Source: Escherichia phage vB_EcoM_G37-3
DNA length: 64,000 nt
Direction: 5' to 3' (one strand)
Sequence record: MK327941.1
This document shows positions 17,442-28,092 of this stretch, piece after piece; position 1 is the stretch's first letter; each line of letters opens with the position of its first letter. Both the position numbers and the translations under genes were made by a program. The notes under the pieces were generated by a model. That model was not told the DNA's origin, did no database searches, and saw nothing but the letters and a program-made list of their open reading frames with translations.

Positions 17442-20109
17442 ACAGGTCAGTAAGCGATGCAACTTTTTCGTATTGCAGCTTTGCAGCCGTGGTAATGTTC
17501 TCCAGCGGTTTGACGAAAGTCTTATTAAACAACAAAGGCCAGTCTAACCACTTCAACACTTCTGATTCAATTTCTGGCGGAATACGAGTACCAGACAACC
17601 AACCAAAACAGATTTCTCCAAACGGATTTCGATCTTTAAGCGGTACAATCATAACCTTCTCGCCTTCACGAATCGGATCTAGTCCGAATTTTCTGGCATT
17701 ACGATTATAACACAATACACTCTTAACCGCATACGGACAACCCTTAATCGGATACCCGTTTGAATCGCTGTATTTCTGTAGGTTGTTTGCCGATGATACC
17801 GCAGCAACCTCAAGATAGTCAAGTTTTCGAAACTCTTGCTCAAAAATACCGTAGTATTCCTGCAATGACTCTTCCCCTTCCTGCAACATACGGCGAATAC
17901 ATTCTTTCAGTGATTTCTGACATGCTTTAGGGGTGGAGCTACGTTGCGTTTCCAAGCCCATGATTTTTAGCTTAGGTTCAGCAAAGCGCGTTCCTTCCAT
18001 ATCCCAAACATTAAGAGCATAACGCTTTTTGCCAGTCCAGAATCCACCGATACCCGCAGATTTCAACGGAGGACCAGCAATTGCCTCGCGGTCCATAAAC
18101 ATCAAGTGCTCGTAGTTGTTCATGTACTCGCATAACTCGCGATATCCCTTGTCGATAATAGGTTCCATTCGATGTTTACCGAAATTATCAAGGAAGTCAA
18201 CAAGTTTTTCGGTATCGTCGAAACGGTCTTCCCCGCCAACCTTATCAATAACATTGTTAACCAGCACATAAACGGAGTCAGTATCACAATAACGAACATA
18301 TGCAAAATCGGTTGTTCCGCAAAGATCGTTTAAGTATTCGTTAATCTTACGCTCAATCCACTGAATTGCAAGCTGACCGAACAGTGTGATCGCACTAGCG
18401 TTACGGAGATCATAAAAACGGAATTTAGGATTCCCCAACGCACCATAAAGGGAGTTGATCAAAACTTTTCGAGAAAGCTGGTTTGTATTGCACAAGATCG
18501 ACTCGTCTTTACATTCTTCCAGCAATTTCTCTAAGGCATCTTTACTTAATTCAGAAAGCATCGATTTAAACGCTTCATCAAAGTCGTGACGCACTTCAAC
18601 GCTATAGCTAATGGTTCCCCCATAAACATGATTTTCATCGTGTAGAATCGCTTTACAGAGTTCAGCATTGCGATCACATGCCAACATCATGTTTTTGTAC
18701 TGCTTACGCTGATCGAATACCTTTTTAATCTCAATCGGTACGATACCGTGAATATCTTTTCTATACATCCATCCGTTAGGCGAGCAAGAATACTCATCAC
18801 TCGGACGTGGTGCAGTTTTATTGATATACTCGTGCATCGGTGCAGCATCAAAAGATCCAGCGATTGTTTCAGGCGAAATATTAACCTGTCGAATAATAGA
18901 TGGGTACAGACTTGTTAAGTCAAAGCTCATCATCCAACGGTAAGCATTCGGCACAGGTTCTTTTACGAATGCGCCTGGATACGTCTGCTTAGGCTGTATC
19001 TTATTTTCCGGTACTACTTTACCCTCAGCTTTCAGAGATCCGAAGATAATAGCATCCCATACTTTCATTGGGTTATAAACATGGTTAAATTTAATCTTTG
19101 CATAGAAACATAGGCTATACACCAGATCAATAAAACCACGCTTTTTATCAATCGCCAGCACACGGTCAACGTCGCCGATGTTATAATCTATGTAAAGTTG
19201 ATGGTTGTCATCACGCAATTTCTTTAACGGACCATCATAATCAACCTTACCGATTCCGGTCTCATATTCAGCAACATAATCTAACGCATATGTTGGTTGA
19301 GTCGTAAAGCTAAATTTCTTGTACAGGTCAATATAATCAAGGCTTTCGATCCCCATGATCGTAAATGCTTCACGCTCGTTGCCAAAATCATCCTGTGAGA
19401 TTCGGGATTTAATCTTACCGCACGGGCTTAGACGGTTAGCGGTTCTACTTCCGAACTTATTACTGATACGTTTAATGATATACGGTATATCGAATGTTTC
19501 TGTGTTCCAGCCAGTGAAACCAACGGGTCGGTTTTCCTCAAAGAATCGGATGTATTCTAACAGCAATTCATCTTCTGTGTCGTAGACGTTATAAACAACG
19601 CGCTCTACAATATCAGGTCGAAGAATAGACTTGCTAGATTCCCAGATTTCACCGTTTTTTCCTTTCAAATCAAATACAAAGAAACGATCATGTACGGAAT
19701 CATAATGCGTAATTGCATCGATAGGATATTTCGCTTCTTCTGGTTTAGGAAATTCTGGGGCAGTGACCTCGATATCAACCCATGCTACACGGATTTTATT
19801 TCGGTCATATCGAATCTCGCCTTTATACGTATCAGACAGATAGGAGATGATAAAATCATCCATCCCTAGCGCCTCTTGCCCCATTTCTCCCATCTTTTTA
19901 CGCCATTTGTTGGCCTCGTTCATAGATGGGAATTTTTTAGCAATGCAAGGCTTGCCATAGATATCTTTATAATTCGTAACCATACCAGGCGCGGCATGAT
20001 GAAATAATGTTGGCGTATATTCAACGTAACGCTCTTGTTCTTGTCCAGCATCATCAATATAACGCTCGTAGATCTTATCACCTACTCGCTCACATGACAG
20101 AAAATACAT
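17431..20109 (-). CDS. 43: DNA polymerase gp43 (family B)
   Basis: About 892 aa from ATG at 20109 behind GAAGGAG RBS (track start is GTG); exonuclease and polymerase motifs match T4 gp43 along the whole length. Confidence 0.95.
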   Translation of the reverse strand: MYFLSCERVGDKIYERYIDDAGQEQERYVEYTPTLFHHAAPGMVTNYKDIYGKPCIAKKFPSMNEANKWRKKMGEMGQEALGMDDFIISYLSDTYKGEIRYDRNKIRVAWVDIEVTAPEFPKPEEAKYPIDAITHYDSVHDRFFVFDLKGKNGEIWESSKSILRPDIVERVVYNVYDTEDELLLEYIRFFEENRPVGFTGWNTETFDIPYIIKRISNKFGSRTANRLSPCGKIKSRISQDDFGNEREAFTIMGIESLDYIDLYKKFSFTTQPTYALDYVAEYETGIGKVDYDGPLKKLRDDNHQLYIDYNIGDVDRVLAIDKKRGFIDLVYSLCFYAKIKFNHVYNPMKVWDAIIFGSLKAEGKVVPENKIQPKQTYPGAFVKEPVPNAYRWMMSFDLTSLYPSIIRQVNISPETIAGSFDAAPMHEYINKTAPRPSDEYSCSPNGWMYRKDIHGIVPIEIKKVFDQRKQYKNMMLACDRNAELCKAILHDENHVYGGTISYSVEVRHDFDEAFKSMLSELSKDALEKLLEECKDESILCNTNQLSRKVLINSLYGALGNPKFRFYDLRNASAITLFGQLAIQWIERKINEYLNDLCGTTDFAYVRYCDTDSVYVLVNNVIDKVGGEDRFDDTEKLVDFLDNFGKHRMEPIIDKGYRELCEYMNNYEHLMFMDREAIAGPPLKSAGIGGFWTGKKRYALNVWDMEGTRFAEPKLKIMGLETQRSSTPKACQKSLKECIRRMLQEGEESLQEYYGIFEQEFRKLDYLEVAAVSSANNLQKYSDSNGYPIKGCPYAVKSVLCYNRNARKFGLDPIREGEKVMIVPLKDRNPFGEICFGWLSGTRIPPEIESEVLKWLDWPLLFNKTFVKPLENITTAAKLQYEKVASLTDLFDI

Positions 20110-20141
20110 AATATAAACTCCTTCATTTACGAAAGACACTC

Positions 20142-20170
20142 ATTATAGGGGAATCGACCTAGTTTGTCAA
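20142..20170 (-). promoter_or_regulatory. sigma70-like early promoter TTGACA-N17-TATAAT upstream of gene 43
   Basis: Consensus hexamers flanked by AGGGG/CCCCT inverted repeat; approximate. Confidence 0.6.
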
Positions 20171-20191
20171 TACCCCTATCCCATCAGTATC

Positions 20192-20554
20192 TTAGCGTCC
20201 GATCTGATATTTCTCGATCAGCGTCCACTCTTCTTTCTGTTTGAAAGACAGTACACGGAAATTATTAACTTCGGTAGTTTCAAAATCACTATCAATCAGG
20301 GTACACAGATTCCACTGCGCAAGAAGTTTTGCAATGTTATTACGGCGTAATTCATCTTCCCACGTCATTTTAACACTACGACCATCTAATTTCAACAACT
20401 CCTTGAAATGAACGATGTAATAGCGCCCTTTCTTCTGGAGAATATGACAAGACTGATACAGTGTCTTGTCACGATTGTTGGCAATGCCGCAGCGGGTTAA
20501 AGTTTCCTTAATTTTAAGGAAGTTTTCAGGACTAATCAAATTAATTTCAATCAT
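20192..20554 (-). CDS. regA: translational repressor RegA
   Basis: 120 aa; near-colinear with T4 RegA (TLTRCGIANN, YQSCHILQKKG, NNFRVLSFKQK). Confidence 0.9.
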   Translation of the reverse strand: MIEINLISPENFLKIKETLTRCGIANNRDKTLYQSCHILQKKGRYYIVHFKELLKLDGRSVKMTWEDELRRNNIAKLLAQWNLCTLIDSDFETTEVNNFRVLSFKQKEEWTLIEKYQIGR

Positions 20555-20555
20555 T

Positions 20556-21134
20556 TTACCACCTTTCTATAATCTTTTTAAGTCGTTTCCTTTCTGTCTG
20601 ATTCTTAGTAACACCCGCCAAAAGTTCATCGGTCGCATACGGTTTAATGTGCTTCAATAACTTGTCCATATATCCCTTTTCATTAGCCAAATCGAGATAA
20701 AACCGGGCGTCATCCATATTTACACAATATGCTTTCGCCACTGCCATTAAAACCAATTTTTGGTCCAATTCTTCTGTTAGTTTAGCCCATTTACCGTATC
20801 GTTTCCCCTTAGAAATACTCTGTAAGAGATAATCAAAATGCATTTGATCTGGGAGGCCATGACCGATTAAATTCATCACATACGCGCTATATAGACAATC
20901 TGCGTGCTGGGAAAGAGCGGTGTTAATCCATCTCTGGTTATATGCAGAATTGTTTCCCACATTAACGCGCTGTTTATCTAAGGTGATATGATCCATCAGA
21001 GCAAATAATGCATTGTCGGTTTTCTCGGTGAATGTGTCCGCTAGTTCAGACACTTTTTCCCAATCACGAGAGCGCCATGCAATTTCATGCTCGTTTAATT
21101 GTGTATCATCTTCACCGAAAAATTGACCTAACAT
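20556..21134 (-). CDS. 62: clamp loader small subunit gp62
   Basis: 192 aa; TAATG overlap with gp44 stop; at the T4 gene 62 position. Confidence 0.8.
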   Translation of the reverse strand: MLGQFFGEDDTQLNEHEIAWRSRDWEKVSELADTFTEKTDNALFALMDHITLDKQRVNVGNNSAYNQRWINTALSQHADCLYSAYVMNLIGHGLPDQMHFDYLLQSISKGKRYGKWAKLTEELDQKLVLMAVAKAYCVNMDDARFYLDLANEKGYMDKLLKHIKPYATDELLAGVTKNQTERKRLKKIIERW

Positions 21135-22108
21135 TATACAAACTCCAATTCAACCATTAATTGCATTAACAAAAAGACAATGTGAATCTCTTTATCAGCC
21201 GCGTGCGCAAACATCTGATTATTTTCACCGATAATCTCGGTCAGACGGATAATCGACGCTGGCTTAACTTGAGTATACAACTCATTATAAAGTTTCTTGA
21301 CAAATTGAGCGTATGTATTGGTATATCGCGGTGCAAGTTTACGCACATTAGCAAACTGTTTAGTTTTCAGTGCTTCCACCACATCGGTTACTTCGGTATT
21401 GCTACTTTCGATAACCATACTCAATACGCCAGCATCAATTTTACCATGTTTAGCGTAGCGGTCCAAAAGTTTCATTACGCGCCGGAAGTCTGGGAAGTTC
21501 TGCTTAACCAGTTCCGCTAATACGCGCATTTCTTCGACTGGCACACCTTCTTTATCAAGAATTGCTTTACACCGGACGATCATTTCTTTCATCATGCGAA
21601 GCTGATCATCTTTAGTCGGAGATCCAAACGTGATGGGATCAAAACGAGAACGTAACGCTGGGATAATACCTTCTAGATCGTTTGCTGTGATAATGAATGT
21701 CACGTTGTTTGAGTATGCCTCAGAGAAACTACGCAAGTGTCTTTGAGCGTCAGCCAACCCAGCTCGGTCATACTCATCGATAATAACAACTTTGCCTTTT
21801 TCTCGTTTTTCTTCATCGAGTGATACACTCTGCGCAAAGCGTGTAATCTCATCGCGGATAAAATCAATCTTACAATCTGCGCCGTTAACAAACAGATAAT
21901 CAACACCCACATCTTCGCAAAGCGCCTTAGCAACGGTTGTTTTACCAGTACCCGGCGATGGGCTATGCAGGATCATAGAAGGGATTCGGCCTTGCTTAAC
22001 AATCTGCGCGAAGATCTTTTTATCTGCTTCCGGCAGAATACATTCAGAAATTGATTTCGGACGGTATTTCTGTTCCCACTGAAACTCATTTTCATTAACA
22101 CTCAGCAT
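21134..22108 (-). CDS. 44: clamp loader ATPase gp44 (AAA+)
   Basis: ATG at 22108 behind GAGAGGTG RBS; Walker A SPSPGTGKTT, DEYD box; aligns with T4 gp44. Confidence 0.9.
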   Translation of the reverse strand: MLSVNENEFQWEQKYRPKSISECILPEADKKIFAQIVKQGRIPSMILHSPSPGTGKTTVAKALCEDVGVDYLFVNGADCKIDFIRDEITRFAQSVSLDEEKREKGKVVIIDEYDRAGLADAQRHLRSFSEAYSNNVTFIITANDLEGIIPALRSRFDPITFGSPTKDDQLRMMKEMIVRCKAILDKEGVPVEEMRVLAELVKQNFPDFRRVMKLLDRYAKHGKIDAGVLSMVIESSNTEVTDVVEALKTKQFANVRKLAPRYTNTYAQFVKKLYNELYTQVKPASIIRLTEIIGENNQMFAHAADKEIHIVFLLMQLMVELEFV

Positions 22109-22138
22109 ATAATCACCTCTCACAAATTACATCATTAA

Positions 22139-22162
22139 AACGGGGAGTATTTACACTCCCCA
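22139..22162 (-). terminator. hairpin (attenuator or terminator) between genes 45 and 44
   Basis: Minus strand GGGGAGTGTAAATACTCCCC followed by GTTTTAA. Confidence 0.45.
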
Positions 22163-22173
22163 CAAACATTATA

Positions 22174-22860
22174 TTAGTCGGTGTAGCTGGAGTCAAGGTC
22201 ACACGCGATCATATAAGATACGGTTTCACTTGCCAGCCATACAGCCTTACGGCGAGTGAAGCTCAGTTTGTAATCGCCGAAGTCAGTAGCAACCAGTTTC
22301 ATGTTATCTTTACGAATAAAGAAATGGAAGTCTGCGATTCCGGTATATTCGCCCATATCAAGACAAAACATCTCATTAGGATTATTTTTGTCAATCTCTT
22401 CCCAACCTTTGATCATCAGACGACCATCAATCGGAAGAAATTCAAGGCGATCCACTTTAAGCTGATTGCTCATTTTCATAAGCTGTTTCAGATCGTCGTT
22501 GCTCAGTTCGTAATCTACATCGCTTGCGGGTGGAGTAACTCGGCCTTTCGGTGATACGATAGCAGCAGCACTAGCACCAGGGTAATTAATTTTCAGACGA
22601 TCATTAGACACACGAATGTTACCAGTGCGGTCATCAACCGTAATATCTGCTTCATCGCCTACCAGATTCAGAATACCCAGGAAAGAGTTAAGATCATAGA
22701 TCCCGATTTCGTGTTCCAGTTCTTGATTCAGAGTCGCTTCACCATATACAACGTTTGTCATGTTTTTGGTGATCAGGACGTTTCCTTTTTTCAGGATGAT
22801 ACCTGGGTTAATAGCGGAAAAGTTTTTCAGGGTAGCAATGGTTTCTTTAGTCAGTTTCAT
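22174..22860 (-). CDS. 45: sliding clamp gp45
   Basis: 228 aa from ATG at 22860 behind AAGGTG RBS; aligns with T4 gp45. Confidence 0.88.
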   Translation of the reverse strand: MKLTKETIATLKNFSAINPGIILKKGNVLITKNMTNVVYGEATLNQELEHEIGIYDLNSFLGILNLVGDEADITVDDRTGNIRVSNDRLKINYPGASAAAIVSPKGRVTPPASDVDYELSNDDLKQLMKMSNQLKVDRLEFLPIDGRLMIKGWEEIDKNNPNEMFCLDMGEYTGIADFHFFIRKDNMKLVATDFGDYKLSFTRRKAVWLASETVSYMIACDLDSSYTD

Positions 22861-22890
22861 CAAATCACCTTTATCATGTTAATCAATTAA

Positions 22891-23268
22891 TTATGGGTTT
22901 ACTGCGTGTTCGTTACGAATCTTGAGCATTTTGTTTTGGAAGTTTTCCGCAGCTTGCTCATCAATAGCATGAGTATACTTAAATCCAATGTATGCTGTCA
23001 AGTATTGTTGCAGAGCATAGACAGTAACAGGATTCTTTGCGGTCTTCTTGCCTTCGAGATATATCAGATCACCACGAACATCAAACGCAAGTTTACGACG
23101 AATCACATTATCAACAAACTCATCAACAACAAAATGCCAAATGTTGCTATCGGTTCCAATATCAAAATTAACCACACATCCTCGTTTGACATAATCAAAC
23201 GGTATCGGGAATAGTTTATAGTCAAGTTCGATAAACATTAATTGTTCTTTTAGGCTCATACGTTTCAT
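22891..23268 (-). CDS. hypothetical protein (125 aa) at the T4 rpbA position
   Basis: Internal ATG at 23268 five nt after upstream stop; product by position only. Confidence 0.4.
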   Translation of the reverse strand: MKRMSLKEQLMFIELDYKLFPIPFDYVKRGCVVNFDIGTDSNIWHFVVDEFVDNVIRRKLAFDVRGDLIYLEGKKTAKNPVTVYALQQYLTAYIGFKYTHAIDEQAAENFQNKMLKIRNEHAVNP

Positions 23269-23272
23269 TCTA

Positions 23273-23650
23273 TCACTTCCCATCAGCAATTGCGATCAGA
23301 CGAGTTACTACGACGCCAGCGGCTTCAATCAGCAGTTCATCAGTGTCAATCTGATAACCCTTTTCGAGAATATCTTTACCTCGAATAGTTTTAGCGCCTT
23401 TAGCAATTGAATCATCGTAATACTTGCGCATTGCAGCGATCCATTCTTTTTGCACCATATCATCAATATGCGCGTACAGTTCAAAGCGTGCTTGCTGCGG
23501 GATAACCTTCATTTTAGCTTTCTCGCTTTCTGGCATTTGTAGTACCCACGCTTTACGGATCTTGTTCATTGCTCGGTCAAATTCGAGACTGGTTTTCTTG
23601 TTCTGAATGTCTGCTACAGTAATTTTAGCCAGGTTTGCGGAAGTAGTCAT
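23273..23650 (-). CDS. hypothetical protein (125 aa)
   Basis: ATG at 23650 behind GGAGA RBS. Confidence 0.45.
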   Translation of the reverse strand: MTTSANLAKITVADIQNKKTSLEFDRAMNKIRKAWVLQMPESEKAKMKVIPQQARFELYAHIDDMVQKEWIAAMRKYYDDSIAKGAKTIRGKDILEKGYQIDTDELLIEAAGVVVTRLIAIADGK

Positions 23651-23680
23651 AATATTAATCTCCAAAATAAAATCAGTATA

Positions 23681-23911
23681 TCACGTTCTAAAGTTTGTTG
23701 CAACCCCAGCATCAGGGTAATCAAGTTTATCAAAGTTGGGGACCAGCATAAACTCATGATGACGACAAGACAACATTTTTGTTATGTCTGCATCGCTGTA
23801 TATGCTGTTTTTCATATCCCCCATACTAACTACATATTCTTCACCGGAATATAGATTGATTAAGGTATACAATTCTAACTCCGGCTGCGTTACTCTGTCA
23901 AATGTTAACAT
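23681..23911 (-). CDS. hypothetical protein (76 aa)
   Basis: ORF overlapping the 3' end of gp46 by 14 nt. Confidence 0.4.
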   Translation of the reverse strand: MLTFDRVTQPELELYTLINLYSGEEYVVSMGDMKNSIYSDADITKMLSCRHHEFMLVPNFDKLDYPDAGVATNFRT

Positions 23912-25580
23912 TCATTTCAGTGAATCGCCCACGTTTAACCATCTTGAGATGACGGCTAAAATCATCAGGGTTATGGTCACGATGGCTGATAATATACACG
24001 TTATCATCTAACTTGTCAATGATGGAATCAAGTGCTTTTACGCCCTGAACGTCCGTAGCCCCATCATAAATTTCGTCGAGTACCAACAAAGAAATATTAG
24101 TACCAGATACTTTACCAGCAACATCACGCCATGTAAAGAGCATCGCAAGGTCAATACGTGCCTTTTCGCCTTGACTGAACGATGTATACGAAAACGATTC
24201 ACGCCCCCGTGATTTGATTGTTTCGTTAAACTCTTCATCTAGCGTAAAGATATAATCCGCTTCCATGATATCAAGATAATACGCAATCCGATCATTGAAA
24301 TATGGAATATATTTCTTGACGATAGACGCCTTAACACCGGAATCCTTCAACATTTCTGTTACAAATCCACGGTGATATTTTTCAAGAACTAGCTTTGATT
24401 TTTCATTAGTAATCTCTACCAGTTCGTGTTCCAGTTTAGCAAGTTCTTCGGAATTGTCAACCCTTTCTTTTTGTAATTCCTGAATTGCTTTCTGGATCTG
24501 TTTAGCCCGACCGACAGATGCCGTTAAATTCGCTCTCTGTGACTCTATAGCGCGTTTAATTTCCAAGACCTTAGTTTGTGCTGTCTGGAAAGAATTTGCT
24601 TTCTCTGCGTATTCTACGCGTTTCTCGTCAATAAGAGACAGTTTATGTTCCGCTTGTGCTTTTTGTTCGCGTACAGCCTGATCATTACCCTGAATGATCG
24701 GTTGTGTGCACGTAGGACAGATCCCGCCTTTCTCGTGCATATGGATAACACGGTCAAAGTTCTGGATCTGCGCACCAATCTGTGCGATAGCAGTATTAAT
24801 TTTAGCCAATGCCGCGCTAGGATCTTCCGGCATAACAACAGCCAATAGCTCATCGGTCAAGCGCGTTTCTTCGGCTTTAAATGCTTTAGCCGATTCTACC
24901 TCTTTATCATACATATTCTGTAAACGCTGGATATTCTCGGCACTCGCCTTGCTAGCGTCTTCTATGTACTTTTTATGAGTGTTGATTTGTTGCTGAACGT
25001 GATTAGCTTTCATTTCCTGCATTTGGATATTCTGGGTAATCTCGCGCACATACGCTTTATTCAGTTTATCCATTTCGCCTAGCGTAGCAATATCAAGCAA
25101 ATCCTCGACCAGTTTACGGCGACCCGCTGCCGGAAGACTCATAAACGGAACATAACCAGCAGTGCCTAAAACAACGATCTGTTTAAAGCTGGCTAGGTTC
25201 ATGCCTATGATACCTTCAAAATATTCCTGAAAGTCTTTGGTGCTTGCGCTCTCGTCGATCTTTTGACCGTCGCGATGCACTTCGAATACTTCCGGCTTTT
25301 GACCACGTTTGATATAAAACTCTTTCCCGTCCAGTTCAAACCAGACTTCGACTAACAGTTTCTTTTTGTTGACGCTGTTAATCAATTGGCCTTTCTTGAT
25401 ACTACGAAACGGTTTACCGAACAACACAAAGCAAAGCGCCTCAATCATTGTTGATTTACCAGCACCGTTAACACCAGTGATTAGTGTCTTTTTGAATCCG
25501 TCTAGCTGAATCTCAACAGGTTCAGCACCCACGCTCATTATATTTTGATAGCGCAAGGTTTTAAAATTTAACTTTGCCAT
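23898..25580 (-). CDS. 46: recombination nuclease subunit gp46 (Rad50/SbcC-like ATPase)
   Basis: 560 aa from ATG at 25580 behind GGAGTG RBS; Walker A GVNGAGKST, long coiled coil, C-terminal LVLDE; matches T4 gp46. Confidence 0.9.
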   Translation of the reverse strand: MAKLNFKTLRYQNIMSVGAEPVEIQLDGFKKTLITGVNGAGKSTMIEALCFVLFGKPFRSIKKGQLINSVNKKKLLVEVWFELDGKEFYIKRGQKPEVFEVHRDGQKIDESASTKDFQEYFEGIIGMNLASFKQIVVLGTAGYVPFMSLPAAGRRKLVEDLLDIATLGEMDKLNKAYVREITQNIQMQEMKANHVQQQINTHKKYIEDASKASAENIQRLQNMYDKEVESAKAFKAEETRLTDELLAVVMPEDPSAALAKINTAIAQIGAQIQNFDRVIHMHEKGGICPTCTQPIIQGNDQAVREQKAQAEHKLSLIDEKRVEYAEKANSFQTAQTKVLEIKRAIESQRANLTASVGRAKQIQKAIQELQKERVDNSEELAKLEHELVEITNEKSKLVLEKYHRGFVTEMLKDSGVKASIVKKYIPYFNDRIAYYLDIMEADYIFTLDEEFNETIKSRGRESFSYTSFSQGEKARIDLAMLFTWRDVAGKVSGTNISLLVLDEIYDGATDVQGVKALDSIIDKLDDNVYIISHRDHNPDDFSRHLKMVKRGRFTEMNVNI

Positions 25581-25824
25581 TAATCCACTCCGCAATCACA
25601 CATTCCATAATATTAAATGCTAACACATCTTCATCAATGTTGTAAACACTTGCCGCCTTCACTTTAACTAATGTGTCTCTGCGATCTGGCAACATGATCA
25701 CATAATCCAGTGTCGCCGGATCATATGTCATAAAGGGATCAACATAAATCCCTTTATTCAATGCCAGATATTCGCGAAGACCTTCTATAACCCTGTGTCT
25801 AAGGTAGGTCATCGATAGAATCAT
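25561..25824 (-). CDS. hypothetical protein (87 aa)
   Basis: ATGA overlap with upstream gene. Confidence 0.4.
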   Translation of the reverse strand: MILSMTYLRHRVIEGLREYLALNKGIYVDPFMTYDPATLDYVIMLPDRRDTLVKVKAASVYNIDEDVLAFNIMECVIAEWINGKVKF

Positions 25825-26381
25825 TTTAGTTTATGTTCCTCTAAAAATTCTTCAATTTCACCTTGCAGGTCTTCCGCTTGCTGTTCCAGAATATCGCGAA
25901 ATTCACCTACAGTCAAGCGGTAATCACATTTCACCAGTCGATGCGGGAGAATATACCCTTTATACATTGTCTCTGACGCTTCCAGGAATACCCCACTATG
26001 CATGACAGAGATCCAACCTGTTAGCGTCAATGGAGTATTCGGAAAATAATACTTGCTGGATTGTTTCCACTGGACGAAAGCACCATATACAATCGGATTA
26101 TATTCACCAACCACAATCTTAATAATGGATTCTACTTTGTCTTTTACAAAGTCGCCAATGTCCATAGTTATCATCAACTCTTTTGGATTAATGATTTTAA
26201 GGTAACGACGGTAGCCGTCATCATACCACATCTTAACAACTGACCGATCAATATTCGCTTTCAGATAACCATAGATCGGATTCTTGTAATATGATTGTTT
26301 TAGTGTGTATGTGTGCACCAATTTAATAAAATGTTCCATTACCAGCAAATCAGAATCAGCCGCGACCATAGTCGTATTCAT
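25821..26381 (-). CDS. hypothetical protein (186 aa)
   Basis: Internal ATG at 26381 behind GAGGA RBS. Confidence 0.5.
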   Translation of the reverse strand: MNTTMVAADSDLLVMEHFIKLVHTYTLKQSYYKNPIYGYLKANIDRSVVKMWYDDGYRRYLKIINPKELMITMDIGDFVKDKVESIIKIVVGEYNPIVYGAFVQWKQSSKYYFPNTPLTLTGWISVMHSGVFLEASETMYKGYILPHRLVKCDYRLTVGEFRDILEQQAEDLQGEIEEFLEEHKLK

Positions 26382-26673
26382 AATATGTTCCTCGTTCAAT
26401 TTCATATTGTTTCAGGTCTTCTAAAAGTTCATCCACTGCTTGTTTCAGCACATGACGCAGCGTAAAGTAATAGCTTTCATCAAATTCTATTTCCGCGCGA
26501 GGAATAGAGCGAAACTTGCACTTAACGGTAGTATCAGTGAGTCGCTTTTCGACCATCATCCGAACTTCTTCATGCTCTTTGGAATACCATACATCAACGG
26601 AGATCCCCTTGCGTCGAGCAAACATAGGCAATGCCGCATTAAATTCCATTACCTTTTGTGCAAGTGTTTTCAT
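26356..26673 (-). CDS. hypothetical protein (105 aa)
   Basis: ORF on the common strand. Confidence 0.45.
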   Translation of the reverse strand: MKTLAQKVMEFNAALPMFARRKGISVDVWYSKEHEEVRMMVEKRLTDTTVKCKFRSIPRAEIEFDESYYFTLRHVLKQAVDELLEDLKQYEIERGTYYEYDYGRG

Positions 26674-26921
26674 CGTACAGACTCCATAGACCCACGAGCA
26701 ATAACATTCTGGGTAATATCAGCAACCTTACGGGATACGATGTTTGTTAGCCCCTCTTTGGTGATATTTTCACGATCAAATGGGATTTCGTCATGAGTCC
26801 ACAAACCATAGTTAGACCGAAATGATAGCATATACTGACCATCTCGCACAACCTCAAATACATGGATCTTAGTGAATTTCGATAAACCTTCGTTGATTTC
26901 TTTCAGTGCATTAGTAATCAT
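26670..26921 (-). CDS. hypothetical protein (83 aa)
   Basis: ATG at 26921 behind GGAGG RBS; downstream of an early promoter. Confidence 0.45.
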   Translation of the reverse strand: MITNALKEINEGLSKFTKIHVFEVVRDGQYMLSFRSNYGLWTHDEIPFDRENITKEGLTNIVSRKVADITQNVIARGSMESVR

Positions 26922-26946
26922 AACAACCTCCAATCAATTTTTAGAG

Positions 26947-26975
26947 AGTATAACGGGGATTTCTCCCCGCGTCAA
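26947..26975 (-). promoter_or_regulatory. early promoter (PeSL-type) TTGACG-N17-TATACT
   Basis: Spacer is the hairpin CGGGGAGAAATCCCCG; approximate. Confidence 0.5.
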
Positions 26976-28001
26976 CTAACTTTTTGCGTTATTTACTTCG
27001 GCTAAAAGTTCATCAGAAATACGCTTGACCGCCGCAAGTTCTTCCGGTTCTAGGTTTTGTTCTTCCAGATATTCATAGACCATCTGAATAGTGCTTTTAA
27101 CTTCAATAACACCCGTTTCCTGTGATGCGCTACTCTCCAGTTTATGGACCACTTTTAGCTTGTGTACAACGGCCTCTAACGCGCTTTCTAACTTACTTAA
27201 CCCATTATCAGCGACCGTTGCGATAAGACGCACACTAAGCCCTTTAAAGCGTTCTACATCGATTTTATCATCTGACGGGTAAGTGATACGCGCATGATAA
27301 GTTTTGTCATTCTGAATAAACTCTTTTTTGTGTGTATCGGTATCGAATACCCAAAAACCACGCGGATCGTTTTCGTCACCCGCCGTTAGTGTGTATGGTG
27401 TACCAATATACGTTACGTTACCGCCATCACTGATAGTATGAAAGTGACCCGAAAACACTTCACGGTATTTCTTGAGGAAGTCCGCGCTATAACCTTCGGA
27501 TTTTAGCCCTTTATAGAAATAGTAACCGGACAATTCCCAATGGCCTACACAATATTCACTGAATGAGTTTTGAATAAACTCTAAAATCTCTGATTTATTG
27601 TCATCACAAAACCACGGGAACAGGTCAAATGATACACCATCAAAGGTAACTGTTTCCGGTTTATCGATAACCTTAATGCAATCATACTGGCTTAACACTT
27701 CACGCGGTGCGTTAGGCTGGATCTTGTTTCGTTTAAACATATCATGATTCCCGACCGTGGTATAACAAGTAATATCAGCCTCTTCCAGTAGCGGTATGAC
27801 CTTAGTACGGTTAAATTTCATGGTTTCATGGGTAATTGCTTTTCGGCAATCAAACCAATCCCCTGTTTGAATCCATGTCTTAATATTATGCTCTTTGGAG
27901 TATTCAACCGCTTTCTTGATGGTATCAAGAATATACTCATGCACCCACGGATCATCGCCACCGATACCAGTATGCAGATCACCTAAAAGCAAAATTTTCA
28001 T
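26976..28001 (-). CDS. 47: recombination nuclease subunit gp47 (Mre11/SbcD-like)
   Basis: 341 aa; calcineurin-like motifs LLLGDLH, GDWFD, GNHD, GHFH. Confidence 0.9.
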   Translation of the reverse strand: MKILLLGDLHTGIGGDDPWVHEYILDTIKKAVEYSKEHNIKTWIQTGDWFDCRKAITHETMKFNRTKVIPLLEEADITCYTTVGNHDMFKRNKIQPNAPREVLSQYDCIKVIDKPETVTFDGVSFDLFPWFCDDNKSEILEFIQNSFSEYCVGHWELSGYYFYKGLKSEGYSADFLKKYREVFSGHFHTISDGGNVTYIGTPYTLTAGDENDPRGFWVFDTDTHKKEFIQNDKTYHARITYPSDDKIDVERFKGLSVRLIATVADNGLSKLESALEAVVHKLKVVHKLESSASQETGVIEVKSTIQMVYEYLEEQNLEPEELAAVKRISDELLAEVNNAKS

Positions 28002-28043
28002 AGTCTCTTCCTCTCTTCGTTTTCGATGCTCTCACTATATCAC

Positions 28044-28069
28044 AGAAAAATAAAAAGGGAAACCCCTTT
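28044..28069 (-). terminator. intrinsic terminator
   Basis: Minus strand AAAGGGGTTTCCCTTT hairpin followed by TTATTTTTC. Confidence 0.5.
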
Positions 28070-28092
28070 CAGAGTCTCCCTTATAAAAGCCA

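Noticed and set aside
24038-24853. Minus-strand ORFs 24038..24238 and 24614..24853 and plus-strand ORFs inside gene 46
   Set aside because: Embedded in alternative frames of the well-supported gp46 ORF
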